DNA from: Macrostomum lignano
Lineage: Eukaryota
Direction: 5' to 3'
Length of the DNA stretch: 64,000 bases
Assembly (NCBI GenBank): GCA_002269645.1
Contig: NIVC01000056.1
Location: forward strand, 310,001-374,000
Below the pieces are notes generated by a model. It saw only the letters and a list, made by a program, of their open reading frames with translations, had not been told where the DNA came from and did not search any database. This document shows, one piece after another, positions 1-25,362 of the stretch (positions are counted from its first letter, which is position 1; every line of letters starts with the position of its first letter). The position numbers were made by a program, and so were the translations under genes.

Positions 1-735
1 ATGAACTCACTCATGAACTCATGAACTCACTCATGAACTCACTCATGAACTCACTCATGAACTCACTCATGAACTCACTCATGAACTCACTCATGAACTC
101 ACTCATGAGCTCACTCATGAACTCACTCATGAACTCACTCATGAACTCACTCATGAACTCACTCATGAGCTCACTCATGAACTCACTCATGAACTCACTC
201 ATGAACTCACTCATGAACTCACTTATGAACTCACTCATGAACTCATGAACTCACTCATGAGCTCACTCATGAACTCACTGATGAACTCACTCATAAACTC
301 ACCCATGAACTCACTTATGAACTCATGAACTCACTCATGAACTCACTCATGAACTCACTCATGAACTCACTCATGAACTCACTCATGAACTCATGAACTC
401 ACTCATGAACTCACTCATGAACTCACTCATGAACTCACTCATGAACTCACTCATGAACTCACTCATGAACTCATGAACTCACTCATGAACTCACTCATGA
501 ACTCACTCATGAACTCACTCATGAACTCACTCATGAGCTCACTCATGAGCTCACTCATGAGCTCACTCATGAACTCACTCATGAACTCACTCATGAACTC
601 ACTCATGAACTCACTCATGAACTCACTCATGAACTCACTCATGAACTCACTCATGAACTCACTCATGAACTCACTCATGAACTCACTCATGAACTCACTC
701 ATGAGCTCACTCATGAGCTCACTCATGAACTCACT
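1..735. repeat. 12-bp tandem repeat (ATGAACTCACTC)n
   Basis: Direct reading. There are occasional 8-bp units and A>G variants. The MNSL/MSEF ORFs are artefacts of the repeat. Confidence 0.97.
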
Positions 736-1118
736 CTTGATGCCACTCGCAGATGTCCTTGAAAGCATGCATGTCTGGCCAACTGAATTCACAGAAGCGG
801 ACTAGCTAGTGCCAGCGTAGACCAGACTTTCAGGGGTCATTTCCCTGTTTCCCGTTTCCCTGTTATCGATAGTAAAAAATCAACTCGCAAATGCCAATGA
901 CCCGCCGCGGCACTGGCCCAGGGAACAGCTTTTGACATAGAGTATATGACACCCGCGCCGCACAATGCACTGCCTGCCTTCCTGTTCCGCTAAAACAACT
1001 TCATTAGCCTAAAGGATAAAAAATGCGACACAGGCCCAAGCCATTGTATTGGGGTGGGCCCCAAATTAGGAAAGTGACATCGGCTCTGCCCAGCTTGGCA
1101 GCATGAGACACAATTCAG

Positions 1119-1175
1119 CCAATAAACTCGCGAGCTGAGGAGCCAATCCGGCAGAACCACACGGCGGCTATAAAT
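1119..1175 (+). promoter_or_regulatory. Core promoter of the peptide precursor gene: two CCAAT boxes and a TATA box
   Basis: CCAAT at 1119-1123 and 1143-1147; TATAAAT at 1169-1175, about 115 bp upstream of the ATG at 1290. Confidence 0.65.
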
Positions 1176-1289
1176 CCAGCACGTCCCGGACAAGCTGGCC
1201 CGGCCACTTTCGGCTGCGAACAAACGAGTTGGCGGCAAGACTGGGTCCATCAAAGATCTCCGAGCTCGATTTCTGAATTAATTTCAAAA

Positions 1290-2088
1290 ATGCCCGCCAG
1301 GCTGCTGTTGGCCGCCGCCTGTCTTCTGGCCGTCTGCCTGCCGGCTGCCGAAGGATTTCGAATTGTCGCACGGGTGAGAGGGCGGTCCCGGGGGCAGAGC
1401 AAGGAGCTTAATGTGCGCTCCCAGCAAACTGAGAAATTTACTCGTAAAGCGAAGTCCCTCCTGAGTAGCTGGGAACCGAATTTCGCAGCCAGGAATTTAT
1501 ATTTGCGTATTGCTGCAGGCAAAGACCAAGTGCCGTCTTGTTGATCTCAAATGTTTGAATAATTTTGAGCAAGTCTCTAGGGAGGTGTCAACTGGGTGCT
1601 CAGCAATTATCTGCACAAATATTGACTCAACTGGGACCAAATGCAGACGCTAGAAACTGATGAACTTTTCACCCCATCAATTTTAGACGCATCACGGAAG
1701 CAAACTCGCCAGCAGCTTCAAAAAACGGCAGGTCTACTTTGATCCCATCGACAACCGGAAGCGACAGGTCTACTTTGATCCCATCGACAACCGGAAGCGG
1801 CAGGTCTACTTTGATCCCATCGACAACCGGAAGCGACAGGTCTATTTTGATCCCATCGACAACCGGAAGCGACAGGTCTATTTTGATCCCATCGACAACC
1901 GGAAGCGACAGGTCTACTTTGATCCCATCGACAACCGGAAGCGGCAGGTCTACTTTGATCCCATCGATAACCGGAAGCGACAGGTCTACTTTGATCCCAT
2001 CGATAACCGGAAACGGCAGGTCTACTTTGATCCCATTGATAACCGGAAACGGCAGGTCTACTTTGATCCCATCGACAACCGGAAGTGA
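1290..2088 (+). CDS. Multi-copy secreted neuropeptide precursor (161 aa; signal peptide + 10x QVYFDPIDN)
   Basis: join(1290..1373,1687..2088). Donor CGG|GTGAGA and acceptor TTTTAG|ACG are both phase 0. Protein: MPARLLLAAACLLAVCLPAAEG-FRIVARTHHGSKLASSF-KKR-(QVYFDPIDNRKR)x9-QVYFDPIDNRK-stop. All differences between the 36-bp units are synonymous except the final CGA/CGG>TGA. Confidence 0.9.
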
Positions 2089-3729
2089 TTAGCGATTGAT
2101 AATCTGATGAACTTTCACACAAGCACACTTTCGAGTGCAAAATGATCTCCCAAAACTGAGGGCACGAATGGTTACAGAAATATAGCGAATGAAGGCTCCT
2201 GGTGTTTCAGCAGTTACTGAGAGCTTGTCCTTGTACTGTTAGTCGTATTTCATAATTCTGTGCTGTAAACTATTCGCAGCCGGAAGATGAACAATCTTTC
2301 AAAATAATCAACCTTGACAGGTGCCCACGCAAACTTTCTCCGGACAATTGTCAGGCCGTGAATAATTTGACTATGAGCCAGAAAACTCACTTCATTTTCC
2401 TATCTAACTTGGCCGTAGGTGCGACAATAATTCATCATTCTGGCTTCCGGGTTCGTGCAGGGCGAGAATATTCGGGTGTGCAAGACTGACAAGGGAAATG
2501 GGAGGACATTGTCTGCTAATTTATGACAGATGATGGCAGCTGGGATCGTGAGCCGCAGAATGAAAGCAACTGGGGATATGCTCTGCTGACTGGGGATAGA
2601 TCGACGTGAAAAATGGTTCCCAGAATCGACATGCAGTAAATAACAACTTAAAGTACACGGAGAAAGAATTCAACCGAGGGTTCTTGTCAGCTTTCTTAGA
2701 AAACGGTTGGCAGAAATTGACAAAGAAAATTAATTGGAGAATTAAAGCCCGGAGAGGGGATTAAATAGAAGCTGAAATGCGCCTCGTTTCAGACTCATAT
2801 ATCAAAGGGAAGTTGTATCCCGGATTAACAATGCCTTTGACTTTCAGACAAATCAAAGAAATGGAAGAGATTTGAGCAATGAGGATGCAACTCCAGAATA
2901 TCTCCCTGCGCGTTAATCAAATATGCGAGCTTTCTGCAATCCAGGCGGCAGTCCGTCAGTTTCTAAAAATAGCTCGTAAACTCGTTCGCTCTCATTTAGA
3001 AGCTCCTACCGAACCATTGAAAAATGGGCTTCGTTCAAGTTGATCGTTTAACTCTTAGTTGGAAAACATTGTCATATTTTTGGAGTTGGCGGATACATGT
3101 GCTCAGCAAATAAAGTTTGGCTATCAAAAAACCGGCTGCCAAAATTTTGATTCCTCTGAGTACTACAGAAAACTTTTTATCTGAGATCCTTATCATACTA
3201 CTTGCTCTTTAAATCAGTAGTATAGTTACTATTTACGTTTATTTTTGCGTTTTTTTAGATTTATTTACTCGTTATCATGCAACTGTTGTGTTTTTGCAAA
3301 GTATTGGTGCGGAGATTTGGGAGTCGGGACTGTCCAGAGCTGGCCTGGAGGTCCTGGGGAATCAACAGGTCTCGTAACCTGATAAGCAGAGAGACTAAAA
3401 ACTAAGAACAACTGCAAGCTTTAAGGCAGGGCTCGGCAAACTCCAGCCTGCATGTGGGCCACATGCGGACCGCAAAGCCTCTCTATCCGGCGTTTGAGTC
3501 CTCCGAAACTTCGCAATAACAATCTCTTCTCTGTCCTCTTCTCTCCTATCTTCTCCGATCTCTTCTCCTTTGTGAGGGGCGCTTTTCCTGTGTATTTCAT
3601 AGTGGCTTAGGAAATAGCAGCGTGACTGAAGGAGGCGCGGGTCGCCAAATTTAAGTCAGTCAATAGCCAGATCAATAGCCAAAAAACGCGTAGGGCCCCT
3701 TGTCTTGACCCTCAACGGTCGTTTAAATA

Positions 3730-4379
3730 CACCCAGCAACATTAAAAAGTGTCCACGTCTGCACAAAAGGCTACACTAGCTGGACGATTAGGGATTGAAA
3801 GGTTTTAACTATGTTTGGGCCATAGACAATCAAAATAAGGCAACAAAGAAAGAACTGCGAAACAAGTCCATGCCCATTTCCACGCTGTGTACGTGTCTAA
3901 AGCACAGTCAGTTACAGGTATACATAGCAACCACGAGCATCCAACAGACCGCTCACTCGTCGAGTCATTCCCGAACAAGGCGCCGCAGAAAGTCTTGTGG
4001 AAGCTGTTGCCACGCGACTGAAATCGCATTGCGCAGCTGGACCATGTTCTGGGGGGATATAGATTGTTGCAACTAATCGTGCGCTTCAGGGAATCCCACA
4101 CGTGCTCAATAGGGTTCATATCCGGTGATCTGGACGGCCAACGCAAAGTGCGCCAATCGGTCATTTGGCGGACTATCGTTGTCACCTGCGTCCAGATGCC
4201 TCCAGTAAACTCCTGTACACTCGTTACTGTAACGCTTTTCCCTGTGACACCAGGTATCGGTCTTTACTTTCCTGCCCTTTTTTTGCTCATTTGTCGATGG
4301 CCCAAAACCAATTGGCGAAACCATCGATCGTGCTTGGACCCTTGGCGCAAGGGTGGGCACTTTTAAATGTTGCTGAGTG
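3730..4379 (-). mobile_element. Tc1/mariner internally deleted element (650 bp)
   Basis: 27-bp terminal inverted repeats CACCCAGCAACATTAAAAAGTGTCCAC (3730-3756) and GTGGGCACTTTTAAATGTTGCTGAGTG (4353-4379), flanked by TA on both sides. The minus-strand remnant WPSRSPDMNPIEHVWDSLKR is the Tc1 transposase motif WPxxSPDLNPIE. Confidence 0.92.
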
Positions 4380-4973
4380 TATATGAGGTGCTTGCGTACT
4401 TTTTGACAGTGTGTTTTTTGTACTATGTCGCCGATTAGACGTCTTGGTTCAGGCTGGCTGGTGGTGCGCCCCAGACTAATTAAGGCTTTTGCCCTCCCCC
4501 CCCCTCTGTCTGGTGTGTTTGGTGTCGCCAGCCGATTGGTTGAGCCAGAAGAAGTCTCTCTCTCCCCTCTCTCCCCCAGTTTGTTTGTGACCTGCCCCCC
4601 TCCTTTGTCCTGCCTATCAGCGCTGCCCTGGGGCGGTTTTCTAGCCACCCCGGCTCTCTATATACCCAGTATCCAGAGATAGTAGACCGACTCGACTGAT
4701 TCTCACGATAGGAACTCTGACTCTGTGTTGCTCCTTTCCTTCAACTGGCGGGCCACGTGATCCGGGCCGAGGGCTACTGCTCCCAACCTGTTCAGAGCGT
4801 CCTGCTGCTTACCTTGCAGGGCCTGTTCAGGCGAGGTCAGGCCCGAACCCGTCGATACGTGGAGTCCCAGCCATGCAGCGCTGGGGCGCCCGACACTGCC
4901 AACGGGGCGGACTTTGTGACATGCTGACGCGCCCTGCCCTTACACTGTGACTTGCATGCGGGGCTGCGTATTT

Positions 4974-5050
4974 TGTTTTTGTTGTTGTTATTGTTGTTGT
5001 TGTTGTTGTTGCTGTTGTTGTTGTTGTTGTTATTGTTGTTGTTGTTGTTG
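4974..5050. repeat. (TTG)n microsatellite
   Basis: Direct reading. Confidence 0.95.
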
Positions 5051-8000
5051 TCCTTTCCGGAATTTCCAGACCGGTTATCACAGTAGCATCTGTCAGCACG
5101 TTTCAACGCCTGAATAGTATAAATTACTGCAAGTTTGAATAGTACTGGGACCGGGCACCGGGGTCTCGAACCGACTACAGTCACTACAAATACAAATAAA
5201 GCCTCAACTGGGAGGTGCATAAAGTTAAGAAAGGGCGGGAGGTTGAGAGAGTGAGAGGGAGAGCTCAAACGTCAGCCAATCAGCGCAGACAAGCGAAGCT
5301 TAGAGTGGACTTAGTCAACGCATCAAAAATAGAGAGACAGATGACAAGGGGCAGCGAGAAAGTTGGCCAGCCAATCAGCGCGAGAGCGAAAGGGGGCGGG
5401 GCCGACCTAAGCCAGCCAGACAGCCAGACCAGCACTGACTCAGACTGATCCCTATCCTCACGCTTAATAGTACAAGCAAGCAACCCTGACATGGTAGATA
5501 ATAAAATAATAAATATTTGAGCTACGGCAAAGGACAGTGCGCGCAAGGCCGAACGAAACCAGCCATAGGTCACTTGGACGGACCAGGTCGGGCGGTACGA
5601 TACAGTGGGACGTTGGTGACTCGATCGTCGTTGATCTTGAGGCGGCACGCAGCAGGTCAGCATGCTGTTTGAGCGAGTCCAAGTCTAACCGTTGCAAAGC
5701 AGGATGGTCTTGACTACCGCCTGCAACAACGCCGCCCTCTGTAACGACAGCAGGACCAGCCTCACAGAATGAATGCCAGCCCAGGCCGCATATCCTCGCA
5801 AAAGTCGGGAACCAGCCTGTTGGAATTATAAACAAACTGCTGACATCCCGGAAGTTCTTAGGCAGAAGATCGAAGCCTGGATGCCGTAACGACGGTCTTC
5901 TGTGTGTTGACCAGCAGGCAAACGTATGAAGTATTGGCGTAAGTACTTGTACAAGCTACAGGTATTTTGGAGTCACAGGCAATATACTTTTACCGACGCA
6001 TACTTTTATCCCAACCCAAGGTATCAATTAATAGCAGTAACTGCATTTAATAGCTAAAAGCTAACAAACTGATAAAATGCAAAAGGCTATATTATACAAG
6101 CAACTTACAACAGGTATCCAACGTCTGCATGATTAGCGCCAGGTGCGCACAGGGTTGCATAGCTTATTCGTTGCTTAAGTCCGCAATCCCGGCTCGCCCG
6201 GGTGTCGCCAACATGGCAGTGCTCAGTGGTGGGAGATATTGAGCACAGAAAGATACCGATGCGATTGAGGCGTCCACGAAATGCCAAAACCTTCTCAGTC
6301 TCAATGTCTGAACGTAATGAGGCGAGCAAAGTGGGCAGCGCTTGGAGCAGTATGACTATATGATGATACTTTTCGGTTAAAATAACGGGCGAGGCCGTTT
6401 CCGCTTCAACGCTGCTGATAAGGTGGGGATATGGGGATTGGGTCGGCTGGATCCACGAAATAAATTTGATAGCGAGGCCTAATTGCTGCCTCTTGCCGTC
6501 CCGCCTATCGAAGGCGTCGGGTTCCCCTTTTGTGGCCATCTTCGCCTCATTTGCAGCGATCTTCTGCTTCCCACATTTGCTTCTCGCCCAAAGCCGGAAC
6601 AAAACGAGTCTGCTTTGTTGTTTCGTTTTGTATGTTTTTGTGGCTTTCCAACTTCATGTTTCTTCTTCTTTAACTTCCTTCAGCTGATTCAAAAACCGGA
6701 AGCGACAGATTTGCAACACCACTGATTCTCGCGGACGACGACGTTGGAAGCCAGGAATCGCTGAGGAACCAGGAACCAGACTGTCGACATCACGGAAGGA
6801 TGTACCACTCAAAAAATCAGCTTTCCACTTTTTTTATTTTTATTTAGCTGGCAGTTGACCTCCTTGACCTCTTCTGGCCACTCCTATCACAATTCAACAA
6901 TAATCTCAAAGTCAAACGTCAGTGGCAGCTTGCCTTATCTGCCCCGGTCCCCTCCCCGTTTCTTTGTCCCTTGCCTGCAGGATTACGGTAAAATGTAAAA
7001 AAAATTGTTTAACTTCAAATTGGTTTAACCAGACGAAAGCTATGGTGCGAGCGTAAGAAAGAATCGCTAATCCAAATCTGTTTCAGGGTCTCCTTGATGG
7101 AGTCCACGCAGAGAGAGAGCCCCGAGGCCCAGCACCCAATCAGCGATCGATCGCGCGCCCATTGGCTGGCCCTCTCAGGGTGTGGAGAAATGGCCTTAAT
7201 AGGGCCCGAGCCAAGAGTGGGCAACGGCATAAAGCTCTTCATTTCACCTTAGCCTGAGAAGTAAACAAGACACACCTGCAAACTGAAACCAGGGAAGTCC
7301 GTGGAATCCACAGCCGATCAATAACCAGCAATCAGCGCGGCCTTGCAGATGCAGCCAAGTCCTAGCGGTGGCGGAGCGGCCAGGAGCTCCCATTCGTTCT
7401 GGCTGCCGTCCAGGGTGAGTCCTATGCAATACGAGCTGGAAACTGTTTAGAAAGTGACTGACTGGCACCTGGTGAATGCAAAAATGGATATCAATTGCGT
7501 TGGAACATCTGTGGTTTGTATACGTTCTAACGAAAATCGCTGCGTTGGTAAAAAAGTTAGCAGAGGAGAACGGATCTTAGAGGTTTTACCAGGGAACATG
7601 ATGCACCCCATATTTATTTAGAGGGGCTACGTAAGCCCCTTCCTTGACCCTCCCATGAATGGGCTGTCCATGCAGTCAGGTTCGATTTGTCAACTCGTTT
7701 GACACTTCTGTGAGTCATTGATAGAATTTATTCTGCTTCAAAATTCTGCTCTCCGTTGTTGAACTATCTAGATATTATACCCTTTGCTGGCGAGCAAAAG
7801 CGAGTCGAAAGGATTAGATAAGTGAATGTTTAGTCATATAACTGCATCCGTGCCCAGCAGGAGGACTTCTGACCTCCCCTCCCCACCTGACTCTTGATCT
7901 ACGCTGGTACACTTTGCTTATCAAATTACAATGAATGAGCGCTAAAAATTGAAACAACTTTGAGCTGAACAATATCTTATCTGTGTTAGGGGTATGGTTT

Positions 8001-8609
8001 GAGCAGTTTGCATTTTGTGGAGTGCATGGAGTAGAGCATAGAGTAGAAGGACCCTACACTCGCAAGTCTAGCAAATTAAGCACTGCTCAGGACGTCAAAA
8101 AACAGTTGTATCCTATATGGGGATATCAATATATTAATTTATGTTGATTATTATTGAACTGACAAACTTCAAATCTCGGCTATGCATTGCGCAGTAAAAT
8201 TAGCTACAAGCTTTGCGAGTGCAGTTGACGGAAACATACCTAAAACTGAGTTTCAGGTGGGTTATAGTATATGCATGGAAGCTGACACTTCATACTGCAG
8301 TGAGTGACAATGAGCCCAGAAGCCCCCGCGCCCTTCCTGCATCGGAAATGAAGCCCACCCAACCTTTCCATATAGTTATGAACTGTGGAGCTCAGGTTGT
8401 TAAAAAGCAAAACTGTTTTTTGCTTGTTCAAGTTTCTTGTTTCTCGCTCACCTGAGCTGCGGACTAAAAACGCACGCTCCCAGACTCCAAAACTCAAGGT
8501 TTTCCTGGAATAATGACCTCATCGCCTTCATTACGGGCCCCCCTGTCTCATTTGCAATTTGGCTTCAGAAATTGCTTCTACACGTAAAACTCTTGCATTT
8601 CTGGGCCGC

Positions 8610-21194
<12,585 letters not shown>

Positions 21195-21301
21195 TGAGCG
21201 GCTGGTGCGCTTTTCTACCAATGAATGTACTTTCTAGCCAGCATCGACGCTGAAGTTTATCATTGTCGATAGAGTGATAAATCCAGTCTCTAGATGAGTG
21301 A

Positions 21302-21965
21302 CTTGTGCGGTCGCTAGAGTGACTCTTGCGGTCGCTAGAGTGACTCGTGCGGTCGCTAGAGTCCTTACCCAATCTGTAACAGTGCTGTTTTCGTTTATAT
21401 AAACGTACTTTTACAAGAATCCTGTCTATAGAATGACATGCGTATACTATGTACATGCACTCCCCGCTACCCCCCCCCCCAATACGAGCGTCTCTAGAGT
21501 GACTCATCCGGTCTCTGAGGGACGCATGTCTCTAGAGTGACTCATCCGGTCTCTGAGTGACACACATGGTCTCTAGAGTGACATGTCTCTAGAGTGACAC
21601 ATGTCTCTAGAGTGACTCATCCGGTCTCTGAGTGACACACATGGTCTCTAGAGTGACACATGTCTCTAGAGTGACACATGTGTTTAGAGTGACTCATCCG
21701 GTCTCTGAGGGACGCATGTCTCTAGAGTGACTCATCCGGTCTCTGAGTGACACACATGGTCTCTAGAGTAATTCATCCGGTCTCTGAGTGACACACATGG
21801 TCTCTAGAGTAATTAATCCGGTCTCTGAGTGATACATGTCTCTAGAGTGACACATTTGGTGTTTAGAGTGACTCATCCGGTCTCTGAGTGACAATCTGGT
21901 CTCTAGAGTGACGCATTATTGTCTCAAAAGTTCAGCATCCCGCCTTTAGAGTGACGCATCCTAGC
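21302..21965. repeat. CTAGAGTGAC-core tandem repeats downstream of the ZnF gene stop
   Basis: 21-mer x3 at about 21302-21362 and a composite array at about 21492-21965. Confidence 0.85.
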
Positions 21966-22780
21966 TGTCTTATGAGTGACGCATCCTGTCTACAGACAGA
22001 GTGAGGTCCCATACACATGTCAAGTGCATAAGTTACAGTATGTGTACGTAGTTCCTCTTCATGTACTGCACATTAATTTTTAACTGTCCGGAGCACATAT
22101 CCCGTATCATAGGCGGCTGTGCATGTCGCATTCGTACTGGCATGTTCTCTATAATTGTACATGCAGACTTAGCATATGTACACATTTTTAACTGACATTA
22201 ACTCCATAGACTCGTATATGCAGTTCTTCTATGGTTTAACCATGTGAACTTTACAAAGCACCTGACCTGAGATTGGCAGTTTTCAGGGAACCAGGCAATG
22301 ACACAAAAATGCTTATATGCTGTTACGTAACCATACTACACTGCCGTGAACTTGCACATTTTTTGTCTTTAATTCTCTCTTACCTCGCAAATTGCTTTGC
22401 ATTGCTTATAGACAAATCTAGACTTGTATGCAGATAGATATTACACCTGGAAACAGTTAATTAAGCCCTTACTATGATTGTGAAAATAGCGTAGATCGTC
22501 TTAACCTTGAAAAGCAAATTTTTATAAGACCCAGAAGTCTGGAAAATCACTGAGCGTTTGTTCGAGAAACTTGCTGGCCTTTCCCAAAATGGGCTCTGAA
22601 TTTCTGCGAGGCATTGTGCTTTAAATGCTTTCGGTTCTTCCAAAGTAATAATACCCCAAACTCCATCATCTCTGCACACACCAATATCCAAACTGCCCAG
22701 GATCCTCAGACTCACTGTATCAACAGATTTCAAACTCTCCAATTCTCGAACTCCACAATCTCTAAACTCTGTAATCCCTA

Positions 22781-24108
22781 AACTTCCCGATCCCTAAACT
22801 CTCCGATCCCTAAACTCCCCGATCCCTAAACTCTCCGATCCCTAAACTCCCCGATCCCTAAACTTCCCGATCCCTAAACTCTCCGATCCCTAAACTCCCC
22901 GATCCCTAAACTCCCCGATCCCTAAACTCTCCGATCCCTAAACTCCCCGATCCCTAAACTTCCCGATCCCTAAACTCTCCGATCCCTAAACTCTCCGATC
23001 CCTAAACTCCCCGATCCCTAAACTCCCCGATCCCTAAACTCTCCGATCCCTAAACTCCCCGATCCCTAAACTCTCCGATCCCTAAACTCTCCGATCCCTA
23101 AATTCCACGATCCCTAAACTCCCCGATCCCTAAATTCCCCAATCACTAAACTCCCCGATCCCTAAATTCCCCAATCACTAAACTCCCCAATCACTAAACT
23201 CCCCAATCCCTAAACTCCCCGATCCCTAAACTCCCCAATCACTAAACTCCCCGATTCCTAAACTCCCCAATCCCTAAATTCCACGATCCCTAAACTCCCC
23301 GATCCCTAAATTTCCCGATCCCTAAACTCCCCAATCCCTAAACTCCCCAATCACTAAACTCCCCAATCCCTAAATTCCACGATCCCTAAACTCCCCGATC
23401 CCTAAACTCCCAAATCCCTAAACTCCCCAATCCCTAAACTCCCAAATCCCTAAACTCCCCAATCCCTAAACTCCCCGATCCCTAAACTCCCAAATCCCTA
23501 AACTCCCCAATTCCCAAACTCCCCAATCCCTAAACTCCCAAATCCCTAAACTCCCCAATTCCTAAACTCCCCAATTCCTAAACTCCCCAATCCCTAAACT
23601 CCCCGATCCCTAAACTCCCAAATCCCTAAACTCCCCAATCCCTAAACTCCCCAATCCCTAAACTCCCAAATCCCTAAACTCCCCAATTCCTAAACTCCCC
23701 AATCCCTAAACTCCCCGATCCCTAAACTCCCCGATCCCTAAACTCCCCAATTCCTAAACTCCCCAATCCCTAAACTCCCCATCCCTAAACTCCCAAATCC
23801 CTAAACTCCCCAATTCCTAAACTCCCCAATTCCTAAACTCCCCAATCCCTAAACTCCCCGATCCCTAAACTCCCAAATCCCTAAACTCCCCAATTCCCAA
23901 ACTCCCCAATCCCTAAACTCCCAAATCCCTAAACTCCCCAATTCCTAAACTCCCCAATCCCTAAACTCCCCAATCCCTAAACTCCCCGATCCCTAAACTC
24001 CCAAATCCCTAAACTCCCCAATTCCCAAACTCCCCAATCCCTAAACTCCCAAATCCCTAAACTCCCCAATTCCTAAACTCCCCAATCCCTAAACTCCCCG
24101 ATCCCTAA
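22781..24108. repeat. 16-bp minisatellite (GATCCCTAAACTCCCC)n, about 80 copies
   Basis: Direct reading; each unit contains CCCTAAA. Confidence 0.97.
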
Positions 24109-25362
24109 AACCCACTAAGCATTAGCACTATATACATGCAGAAAAATAAGAGAGACAAGCAAAATCCAAAAGCTTAAATGGCATTTTATCCAGACCATTA
24201 GAAAACAGAACTAAGCTTTGCAGATGATAATAATAACAATAATAATTGATAAATTGAGTAATTTTTATCTTAGCCGCATAGTCAAAGGCATTGAGACAGA
24301 TTTGAATAGCAGACAACAGGCGGGCTAAATATAATTTAGGGTTAAGCGGGACAGACAGGACACACGAACAGCCGCAGAGAGAAGGAAAAACGGGCAGACA
24401 GCGGTGTGCTGCCCAGGCCTGACCACACTGCTCTAGAAGGACACCCAAGGATAATAATGAGCAGATGCTAGCAAAATGACGGAGCTTCAGGAGCAGCATG
24501 GCATCAGTACTACTAGTTAGTAGTAGGCTAGTCAGTAAAGGGTCCATCGAGATGAACTGGGCAGAACTGAGCTGGGACAAACTTACACAGTAGTAAAATA
24601 ATAAGACTTGAATTAGACAATATGATGCAGCATTAGCAGGTTGGCACTCAGAGACAAATCCATATACTAAAATCTAAACTAAACACGGGGCCTAATTAAT
24701 TTACAGTAGAATATTTGTTTAAATAAATGTAGGCGAATGAAAATTCCGGAATTGTTTTTTTGTTCAAATTCAGTACTTGGAACACAAAAATGGATACCGG
24801 GCCTTTTAAATAAGTCTCCCAATTCTTATGCCTCAGTTAGGGTTGTTAAAATTGAAAAAAGTTATTATTGATACTACGAGTAGTTAACACGATAACTAAT
24901 GCCAATTATTATTAATTAAAAACAGGACCAACCACCTTCAGTTTCGGATGGGCATTGAGTGCATTGGTTACTACAGAAAACACAAGGAACTCACAAACAC
25001 GAGGAAGTGTAGAAAAAAAACGCAGTTTATTGATACTACTAACTAACCAGAGTTGGTCAGTAGAGCAGACGAGAATTGTAACTATTTTATATTATATAAT
25101 TTTTATTGCCCATTTAAGATGCATGGCAAACGAGAGGAGCACATTTAACAGGACAGACTATAATGAAAGCAGAGACGCACAGAGGAAAATGAAAAGAGGA
25201 ACAAAGACGATTAACATCGGGGTTTTGAAGCCGGAAACAATGTAAAAGAAAAAAGAAACAGACTGCTTCGGGCCGCATCAACAAAAAACAATTCTAAGAG
25301 TTGGTGACTCGATATTAATTATTCGAATTTCGCATTCATAAGCCTCGAGTTTTTCACGTTTA

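Noticed and set aside
748-805. Possible terminal exon CTCGCAG|ATGTCC...DVLESMHVWPTEFTEAD* of an upstream gene
   Set aside because: Too short, no recognisable domain, and the upstream exon would lie outside the window.
4425-5520. LTR-like segment with CCAAT, GC and TATA boxes and AATAAA
   Set aside because: No second copy, matching target-site duplication or gag/pol remnant could be established.
6105-6602. 165-aa minus-strand ORF (MATKGEPDAF...) divergent from the ZnF gene
   Set aside because: No recognisable motif, no clear splice structure, and codon use unlike the confirmed genes. It cannot be supported without expression data.
7623-7660. Hairpin GGGGCT-ACGTA-AGCCCC followed by CTTGACCCTC, similar to sequence near 3692-3715
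   Set aside because: It could be a rolling-circle element end, but no 5' end or A|T junction was found.
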